DNA of 43,921 bases from Minisyncoccota bacterium (GTDB taxonomy: Bacteria; Patescibacteriota; Minisyncoccia; Phycocordibacterales; UBA9973). Below the pieces are notes generated by a model. The model did no database searches. It was not told the DNA's origin and worked only from the letters and a program-made list of their open reading frames with translations. Shown piece by piece: positions 8,754 through 14,144 of this stretch (the first letter of the stretch is position 1; each line of letters starts with the position of its first letter). The stretch is from the NCBI GenBank assembly GCA_018062065.1, contig JAGOSX010000003.1:1-43921 (forward strand). Direction: 5' to 3'. The position numbers were made by a program, and so were the translations under genes.

Positions 8754-9188
8754 ATGAAGAAAAAATTAGTTGTTTCGTTTTTAGTATTAGCTTCATTCTT
8801 TATGCTAGTTGGGTTCATGGCTCCTAGCATAGCTTCTGCGCAAGCTTTTAAAGATTGTACAGTTTTTGGGGATGATAAGTTATCCGCTTTACTTTGTAAA
8901 ATAGGATTTTTAATTAATGCTGTTATTCCTATATTGATTTCTCTTGGAGTAGTTTACTTTATTTGGGGAGTTATTCAATACGCTATTGCTCGTGATGAAG
9001 AAATGAAAGCTGAAGGACGTGGAGCTATGATTCACGGTCTTATTGCTTTGTTGGTTATTGTTTCTATTTGGGGCTTAGTGAATTTCATGAAGAAATTTAT
9101 TGGACTTGGTTCAGATAATAAAGAAAATGAGATTACTGTTCCTTGTGTACCAGCTCCATCTTTAGGTGTATTTTGTGATAATGGTTAA
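8754..9188 (+). CDS. TrbC/VirB2-type pilin-like protein; paralog 4 of 5
   Basis: Signal peptide (..SIASAQA), a 2-Cys variable region, then VIPILISLGVVYFIWGVIQYAIARDEEMKAEGRGAMIHGLIALLVIVSIWGLVNFM. A C-terminal tail carries a second Cys pair. Confidence 0.6.
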   Translation: MKKKLVVSFLVLASFFMLVGFMAPSIASAQAFKDCTVFGDDKLSALLCKIGFLINAVIPILISLGVVYFIWGVIQYAIARDEEMKAEGRGAMIHGLIALLVIVSIWGLVNFMKKFIGLGSDNKENEITVPCVPAPSLGVFCDNG

Positions 9189-9190
9189 TT

Positions 9191-9529
9191 ATGTATTTAC
9201 TTATTTTATTATTTCCTAATATTGCTTATGCAGATTTCGATTCATTTTTAAAAAATGTTAATAATGAAATCGTAAATCCACTTATCAAATTACTTTTTGC
9301 TTTAGCTGTTGTTTATTTTCTTTGGGGAGTGTTTAACTTCTTTATGAATTCTGATAACGCTGATGAAAGAGAAAAGGGTAAGATGCATATGATGTATGGA
9401 ATTATTGGAATTACTATTATGATGGGTGTTTGGGGTATTTTAAATTTAGTTTTAAATACTTTAAATATCGATAATATTGATGTTAATTCGAACAACGAAA
9501 ACGTCGGGTTCCCTAATGTAATAAAATAA
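9191..9529 (+). CDS. TrbC/VirB2-type pilin-like protein; paralog 5 of 5
   Basis: Short signal peptide (..NIAYA), then NPLIKLLFALAVVYFLWGVFNFFMNSDNADEREKGKMHMMYGIIGITIMMGVWGILNLV. Confidence 0.55.
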   Translation: MYLLILLFPNIAYADFDSFLKNVNNEIVNPLIKLLFALAVVYFLWGVFNFFMNSDNADEREKGKMHMMYGIIGITIMMGVWGILNLVLNTLNIDNIDVNSNNENVGFPNVIK

Positions 9530-9542
9530 AATTACAAAATTT

Positions 9543-9570
9543 AAAAACCTTCTGTAAAAAGAAGGTTTTT
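9543..9570 (+). terminator. Intrinsic terminator ending the methyltransferase/SBP/pilin-like operon
   Basis: ccttct (9548-9553) pairs with agaagg (9560-9565). The hairpin is flanked by an A5 and a T5 run. Confidence 0.75.
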
Positions 9571-9600
9571 AAATTTATTTTTTTGTAATTTTGAGTAAAT

Positions 9601-9634
9601 AAAAAAGCAGAATCTAGTTATACTAAATTCCGCT
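9601..9634 (-). terminator. Intrinsic terminator of the minus-strand three-gene operon
   Basis: agcagaat (9606-9613) pairs with attccgct (9627-9634) with one mismatch. A U-run follows on the minus-strand RNA (A-run 9601-9606). Confidence 0.5.
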
Positions 9635-9645
9635 TTAATTCTTTT

Positions 9646-10023
9646 TTATATCGGGGTGAAATATACCTGGCCTGTTTTTGGCCAGTTTATTCTCCCTTTG
9701 AAAGAGCATCCCCTTAACGGGTAAGACGATGGCCAATCGTTTGACGAGACATTTACACTTTTCCCGCATTCGGGATATACGGTAAAGGGTCGAAACCCAT
9801 ATTGTCTTTTACCATTTTCGTCAAAGTACCAGGTTTTCCTAGGTTGAAAGGAACCAACCTCGCCTTTTTCTAGTAAGTATCTTCCTGTGATTATGCTGTC
9901 TGTCTGGGAAGGATATTCCCAAACTATCACTTCGGTTTCGTTAAAATTTGTGTTTAACGAGTAATATTTATACCCGTAAAATACGAAAATAAATATTACA
10001 AAGAAAATTAACATTCCTCTCAT
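9646..10023 (-). CDS. Small exported or N-terminally anchored protein, unknown function
   Basis: 125 aa. One N-terminal hydrophobic helix, then a Trp/Tyr/Pro-rich domain with 2 Cys. The coding body is about 43% GC, against 20-32% in neighbouring accessory genes. Confidence 0.55.
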   Translation of the reverse strand: MRGMLIFFVIFIFVFYGYKYYSLNTNFNETEVIVWEYPSQTDSIITGRYLLEKGEVGSFQPRKTWYFDENGKRQYGFRPFTVYPECGKSVNVSSNDWPSSYPLRGCSFKGRINWPKTGQVYFTPI

Positions 10024-10043
10024 CTTATTTTTTTTGAGGTTAA

Positions 10044-10403
10044 TTAATGATGACCATCTCCGTGATTATCTTCTTTTTTATTTTCTTCTTTTTTGTCTCC
10101 CGGAAGTAATATTGCTCCTAAAAGGCAAAATAAAGAAAAGCAAAGAATTATAAACCAGTTTTTTTGTTTAGTAAACCAACTTATTTCTTCGGGGAACATG
10201 GCAGGTATTATAAATATTATAAATACCACTAACATTATGCTTCCAATAATTGAAGATAAATTAATTTGCTGGGTTATTTTTTTAAACCCTTCAAAAATTT
10301 TACTTGCATTATTATTGAGTTTCAAATCAAAACCATCTTTATCGTAAAGATAAAAAATAATTCCAATGATAATACCAACGATTATGATCCAAATACTATT
10401 CAT
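10044..10403 (-). CDS. Three-helix integral membrane protein with a charged His-rich tail, unknown function
   Basis: 119 aa with three hydrophobic segments and a C-terminal KKEENKKEDNHGDGHH tail. Its start overlaps the stop of the upstream gene by 8 nt, which suggests translational coupling. Confidence 0.55.
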   Translation of the reverse strand: MNSIWIIIVGIIIGIIFYLYDKDGFDLKLNNNASKIFEGFKKITQQINLSSIIGSIMLVVFIIFIIPAMFPEEISWFTKQKNWFIILCFSLFCLLGAILLPGDKKEENKKEDNHGDGHH

Positions 10404-11433
10404 CTGTTCGTTTATTTTTAAGATTTAAGAAATTTGCATTATCTCCTCCTATAACTAAAGTTCCATTCAAATCCTTCAATTCACCAAGTTTTTCGGCGAT
10501 TATTCTAGTATTTGCATCAGGAACTAATTCCGTTATATTACCTTTGTCATCAGTTTTAGCAACACCTATTTTAACTCTTCTTTCTTTTTCTTTACTAATT
10601 TCCGAGTCTTTTTGCATTTCGTAAACTTCGCTATCGCCTTTTTGTTTCTCTATTTTTTCTTTAGCTTGATTTTTCGCTACTTCAATTAATAGATTTGAAT
10701 TCATTAAGTTTTTTGTTTCTGAATCAGCTGGTTCAAAATCTTTAAAAATTGATTTTACTAATTCAGCTCCAAAATCTTCAAGGCCTGGATGAGAGGATAT
10801 CCTATGATTGCACTCTTGCATTTTATCGTTAAAATCACCTTTACTCTCACTGGCTAAACCGTTTAACTCATTAATTGTTTTTGAGGCTACTATACCTCTT
10901 AGTGCTCCAGACAAAGAGTCCATTGAGACACTAAGCGCATCTTCTACTCCAAATAACCATTTCGATAAATCTTTTATTTCTATGACATTATTTGTTAAAA
11001 CATTAACAGTTCCAAGTTCTTTTAGCTCCAAATTTGGTACTACCATTGGGTAATCCACTTTGAATCTTACATGATCAGAAATGTTTGTTTTTGATACAAT
11101 TATTTCTTTGTTTCCTTCAGTTTTCCAGACGATAGTCTCATCATAAGATTCTTCACCAATTTTTTTAACTTTAGTATATTTTATCTTTCTCCTATATGGT
11201 TTAAAAAAAGGATAAAGGAAAAAATACACATTAATTCTTGAATTGGTTTTATCTAAAATTAAACCACTATCCGAATCAACCGTTTTGTTTTCAATGTTAC
11301 CTATGTATGCATAGGGTTTACCTAAAAACATGATAGCTTGAGCCGTCATTGCTTTCGGAATTATTATTGACTTTAAAAACACAAAAGTTAGTAAACCAAT
11401 AAAGACTACCATTAATATCACATGTATTTCCAT
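10396..11433 (-). CDS. Membrane-anchored SPFH/band-7-like protein (tentative)
   Basis: 345 aa. N-terminal TM helix, then IIIPKAMTAQAIMFLGKPYAYI...VNVLTNNVIEIKD...LSGALRGIVASKTINEL, a Lys/Glu-rich coiled segment, and a ...GTLVIGGDNANFLNL tail. This resembles the stomatin/HflK/C layout but was judged by eye only. Confidence 0.4.
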   Translation of the reverse strand: MEIHVILMVVFIGLLTFVFLKSIIIPKAMTAQAIMFLGKPYAYIGNIENKTVDSDSGLILDKTNSRINVYFFLYPFFKPYRRKIKYTKVKKIGEESYDETIVWKTEGNKEIIVSKTNISDHVRFKVDYPMVVPNLELKELGTVNVLTNNVIEIKDLSKWLFGVEDALSVSMDSLSGALRGIVASKTINELNGLASESKGDFNDKMQECNHRISSHPGLEDFGAELVKSIFKDFEPADSETKNLMNSNLLIEVAKNQAKEKIEKQKGDSEVYEMQKDSEISKEKERRVKIGVAKTDDKGNITELVPDANTRIIAEKLGELKDLNGTLVIGGDNANFLNLKNKRTDE

Positions 11434-11439
11434 TTTATT

Positions 11440-11507
11440 TAATTTTTAAATGTTAATTTAAAAGCCGGAATAGAGGAGTCGGCTACTAAATTAACATTTA
11501 AAAATTA
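11440..11507. repeat. Long perfect inverted repeat abutting the SPFH-like start codon (candidate operator or 5' structure)
   Basis: Positions 11440-11460 are the exact reverse complement of 11487-11507 (21-bp arms). An inner 5-bp stem pairs agccg with cggct. The left arm ends 7 nt from ATG 11433. Confidence 0.6.
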
Positions 11508-11552
11508 TTTTTCAAAGATCTGTTTATTGTTCGAATTGTATCACATATAAAT

Positions 11553-11582
11553 AAAAAAGTCAATCATTAGATTGACTTTTTT
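11553..11582 (-). terminator. Intrinsic (bidirectional-looking) terminator downstream of the IPT/TIG gene
   Basis: gtcaatc (11559-11565) pairs with gattgac (11570-11576) around a 4-nt loop. An A6 run lies on one side and a T6 run on the other. Confidence 0.65.
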
Positions 11583-11605
11583 ATTATTAATTATAATGTA
11601 TTTTT

Positions 11606-11680
11606 AACCCCCTAACCCCTTTATCAGGGGGGAATTCTGTTTTTTATTTTTCTCCCTTGATAAGGGGAGATAGAGGGGTT
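11606..11680. repeat. GC-rich nested palindromic repeat, copy 1 (REP/MITE-like)
   Basis: AACCCCCTAACCCCTTTATCAGGGGGG..(19 nt)..CTCCCTTGATAAGGGGAGATAGAGGGGTT. It shares the AACCCC/GGGGTT ends, the CCCCTT(T)ATCAGGGG core and an identical 18-mer CTCCCTTGATAAGGGGAG with 37242-37301. Confidence 0.8.
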
Positions 11681-11683
11681 GTT

Positions 11684-12535
11684 TTAAGCGTGCTTTAGAG
11701 GTTTTGCGTGGTCGGCAGGAGTTAACCAAAGTTTTCTGAAAAGAATTACTGAGAAAAGAATAAGAGCGAATACTACTAACCATTCAATAATACTATTTGG
11801 TACGTAACTATTGTCTCCGTTAATTACTGCTCCCGCTAGGTTACTTTTTAATTTTTCACTAGCATTAGTGGTTGCACTCGCTACTTTCTTTGCTGTGTTT
11901 TGTGAAGCTGTAGTTTTTGCAGTAGAAGTAGTTGCTTTCGCTGTAGTTTTATTTGAATTTGCATTCATTGTGTAACTTCCAGAAGTTGTACCTGCAGCTT
12001 TTGTACTTGTACTTGCTCCTGCTACAGTTCCTAATACTTTACCTTTGATTACGTTTACTACTTTTTGGTTTGAGAATCTTCCTCCTTCTGGTGAAGGATT
12101 TACTACTGAAACTTGATATTTACCAGGAGTAGCAGTATCTTCAGGATCAAGACGTATTACTAATTTGTTTGCGTTAATGAAAGTTGTTGGGCGGTCTACG
12201 CTATTCCATCTTGCTATAGAGTCGGGTTTAAAACCTGTACCGTAGATAGTTATAGATTTAAGGTTGTCACTAGTACCTACTTCTTCCGGATCAGTTCTAT
12301 AAACAGTAGGTACTGAATTTTTATCTAATACATTAGGATTAAAGTTACCGTTTCCGTTATTATAACCGTTATTATAATAATCATTTCCGTTACCAGAGCA
12401 AGGTCCATCACAATAAGTATAAGCTCCTTTAGTTACATATGCATTAGCAGAAATAGGGGATAAAGCTATAGTAAATAAAGCTAAAACAGCAAATAAACCT
12501 GCACGCAATATTGATTTGTTGTTTATATTTTTCAT
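11684..12535 (-). CDS. Cell-surface protein: signal peptide, IPT/TIG-like Ig-fold domain, Ser/Thr/Ala-rich stalk, C-terminal membrane anchor
   Basis: Signal peptide ..SPISANA. A Gly/Asn/Tyr-rich segment with CDGPC follows. PTVYRTDPEEV...ITIYGTGFKPDSIARWNS...LVIRLDPEDTATPGKYQVSVVNP matches the IPT/TIG pattern. A T/S/A-rich low-complexity stalk leads to the final TM helix WLVVFALILFSVILF. Confidence 0.6.
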   Translation of the reverse strand: MKNINNKSILRAGLFAVLALFTIALSPISANAYVTKGAYTYCDGPCSGNGNDYYNNGYNNGNGNFNPNVLDKNSVPTVYRTDPEEVGTSDNLKSITIYGTGFKPDSIARWNSVDRPTTFINANKLVIRLDPEDTATPGKYQVSVVNPSPEGGRFSNQKVVNVIKGKVLGTVAGASTSTKAAGTTSGSYTMNANSNKTTAKATTSTAKTTASQNTAKKVASATTNASEKLKSNLAGAVINGDNSYVPNSIIEWLVVFALILFSVILFRKLWLTPADHAKPLKHA

Positions 12536-12541
12536 ACCTAT

Positions 12542-12550
12542 AGTATAGCA
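12542..12550 (-). promoter_or_regulatory. Extended -10 promoter (TGCTATACT on the minus strand) 6 nt upstream of ATG 12535
   Basis: The reverse complement of 12542-12550 reads TGCTATACT. The spacer is 6 nt (12541-12536). Confidence 0.55.
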
Positions 12551-12634
12551 TATTCAAAGCTATTTGTCAAGTGCTATAAATTTCAATCTAAAGGGAAAGT
12601 ATCTTAAATATAAATATGGTAATATAAAATATAT

Positions 12635-13696
12635 ATGCAAATAAAAGGCTTAAATTTTAAATATCTTTTATATTTTTTAATTATTTTTGTATTTTTGATT
12701 TTATTAAATTCTTATTTTAGATTTAATGAAAGTGGTGATTTATTAAATTTAGATAAAGAATCAGTTAATGATGTATTAATTAATGTTGATGAAAATTTTA
12801 TTTCTAATTCAAAAAAAGAATTTAGAAGGATTGTTTTAGAAAGTGACCCTAAAAATGCTATTAATATCTTAAAAAAGGATTCTCAAAATGATAATAAGGC
12901 ACTATCTATTTGCCATGATATTTTGCATGAAATAGGACATACTGCTTTCTATAAGTATAAAAATTTAACTGACGTTTTGTTATTCCAAGATGATTTTTGT
13001 AATTCTGGCTATTTACATGGTGTTTTTGAAGAATATTTTGATATAGTAGATAACCCTTTAGAGGGTTTATCTAAAATATGTGACCAAAACTCTAAAAGAA
13101 AATTTGATGAGTGGCAGTGTTATCATGGGATTGGTCATGGATTTATGTACTTTACCGGAGGAGATTTAGATAAATCTTTAGATTTGTGTAAAGATGTATT
13201 GAATAGGGAATCAAATAGAAATTATTGCTATAACGGTGTTTATATGGAAATTTTTAATACGCAAATTTTAGCAAAAGAAATAAATTTTGTTGATAAAAAT
13301 AATCCTTCTTTAATTTGTTTAAATAGGAATATTGATAAAAATAGTTGTTATTTTTATTTACCAACTTATTTTAGTCAAACTTTAAATACACCATATATAA
13401 ATATTTTTGAAAAATGCGAACAGCTTAATGAATCTAAATATAAAAAAAGTTGTATTTCTGGTATTGGTTCTGAAGCATTTAAGCGTAATGCTAATAAAGT
13501 TAAAGATGTTTTTGACCTTTGCGAAAATGCAGATGGATATTTTAATGAAGTTGCGTGTGTGTATGGAATGGTTGGTATCTCTATAAATCAAAATGCTTCT
13601 ATTGAAGCAGGGGAAAAACTCTGTCAGAAATCTTCAATTAAATATAGATTTCTATGCAATCAAAAAATAAATAAATTTAATTATTTGTTTGAATAA
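12635..13696 (+). CDS. Signal-anchored Cys-rich repeat protein (7 two-Cys repeat units), unknown function
   Basis: 353 aa with an N-terminal TM helix and 14 Cys. The Cys alternate between an A-type motif, C-x2-G-x3-(G/E) (ICHDILHEIGH, FCNSGYLHG, QCYHGIGHG, YCYNGVYME, SCYFYLPTY, SCISGIGSE, ACVYGMVGI), and a B-type motif (ICDQ, LCKD, ICLN, KCEQ, LCEN, LCQK). The period is about 35-40 aa. Confidence 0.6.
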   Translation: MQIKGLNFKYLLYFLIIFVFLILLNSYFRFNESGDLLNLDKESVNDVLINVDENFISNSKKEFRRIVLESDPKNAINILKKDSQNDNKALSICHDILHEIGHTAFYKYKNLTDVLLFQDDFCNSGYLHGVFEEYFDIVDNPLEGLSKICDQNSKRKFDEWQCYHGIGHGFMYFTGGDLDKSLDLCKDVLNRESNRNYCYNGVYMEIFNTQILAKEINFVDKNNPSLICLNRNIDKNSCYFYLPTYFSQTLNTPYINIFEKCEQLNESKYKKSCISGIGSEAFKRNANKVKDVFDLCENADGYFNEVACVYGMVGISINQNASIEAGEKLCQKSSIKYRFLCNQKINKFNYLFE

Positions 13697-13727
13697 TTAT
13701 TTTCTCTTGTGGGTAAGGAGGGACTCG
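13697..13727 (-). repeat. Duplicated fragment: 3' 18 nt of tRNA-Leu(UAG) plus 13 nt of its trailer
   Basis: A 31-bp perfect direct repeat of 13812-13842 (ttattttctcttgtgggtaaggagggactcg). It starts immediately after the stop codon of the 12635-13696 gene. Confidence 0.9.
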
Positions 13728-13752
13728 GCTATTACATAGCCAGGTATTTTTT
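13727..13752 (+). terminator. Possible weak terminator for the plus-strand Cys-rich gene
   Basis: ggctat (13727-13732) pairs with atagcc (13736-13741) around a 3-nt loop. The sequence aggtatttttt follows. Confidence 0.35.
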
Positions 13753-13824
13753 CATTTTTATAAATAAAAATAAGAAAAAATCTTTCGATTCCCTCACGAA
13801 AATAAAGCAGTTTATTTTCTCTTG

Positions 13825-13906
13825 TGGGTAAGGAGGGACTCGAACCCTCAAGCCTTGCGGCATTAGTTCCTAAGACTAACGCGTATACCAATTCCGCCAC
13901 TTACCC
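13825..13906 (-). tRNA. tRNA-Leu (anticodon UAG), type II, no encoded CCA
   Basis: Hand-folded reverse strand: GGGTAAG-TG-GCGG..CGC-TTAGT-CTTAGGA-ACTAA, long variable arm GCCGCAAGGC, then GAGGG-TTCGAGT-CCCTC-CTTACCC-A. Confidence 0.9.
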
Positions 13907-13920
13907 ATATTATATTAACT

Positions 13921-13989
13921 TTTGAAACCTGGTTAAGTTGCTTGATTAGTACAAAAGACTATCTCGTATACTAATTCCGACACTTACCC
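13921..13989 (-). pseudogene. Decayed copy of tRNA-Leu (5' two-thirds recognisable; no T-arm or 3' acceptor strand)
   Basis: The reverse strand GGGTAAGTGTCGGAATTAGTATACGAGATAGTCTTTTGTACTAAT... matches the first 45 nt or so of tRNA-Leu(UAG) with a few substitutions, then diverges. No CTTACCC 3' strand is present. Confidence 0.5.
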
Positions 13990-13993
13990 AATG

Positions 13994-14066
13994 TGCGTCC
14001 TGAAGGGATCGAACCTTCGACCTTATCCTTAAGAGGGATCTGCTCTACCAGCTGAGCTAAGGACGC
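13994..14066 (-). tRNA. tRNA-Lys (anticodon CUU)
   Basis: Reverse strand: GCGTCCT-TA-GCTC-AGCTGGTA-GAGC-A-GATCC-CTCTTAA-GGATA-AGGTC-GAAGG-TTCGATC-CCTTC-AGGACGC-A. 73 nt. Confidence 0.9.
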
Positions 14067-14117
14067 ATATATACAAACTCTAAACTTAATTTATAATTTT
14101 TGCCATCTGTACTGTTA

Positions 14118-14144
14118 TCTACCAAAACAGGTAAGGACGCATAT
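14118..14144 (-). repeat. Degenerate duplicate of the 5' end of tRNA-Lys plus 4 nt of its leader
   Basis: tctacca-N7-taaggacgcatat at 14118-14144 mirrors 14044-14070 in the real gene. Spacing is identical and 20 of 27 positions match, including a perfect 13-mer. Confidence 0.7.

Noticed and set aside
9646-10023. Elevated GC in the small exported-protein gene as evidence of horizontal transfer. My counts over 60-nt blocks at 9661-9900 give about 40-45%.
   Set aside because: Counting the same way, conserved stretches of gyrA in this window also reach 40-45% GC. Only the adjacent accessory genes are at 20-32%. The contrast is therefore local and not outside the genome's own range. A genome-wide codon or k-mer test would be needed.
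12635-13696. A possible relationship of the 7-repeat Cys/His/Gly protein to LanC-like lanthionine cyclases, which have seven G-x-x-G/CHG-containing helical repeats.
   Set aside because: The repeat period here is about 35-40 aa, against about 50 aa in LanC. The protein is exported behind a signal-anchor, and no lanthipeptide precursor or dehydratase gene is nearby. The resemblance is probably superficial.
13697-13900. A 67-aa minus-strand ORF.
   Set aside because: It runs through tRNA-Leu(UAG) and the duplicated tRNA fragment. The reading frame is a by-product of the tRNA sequence.
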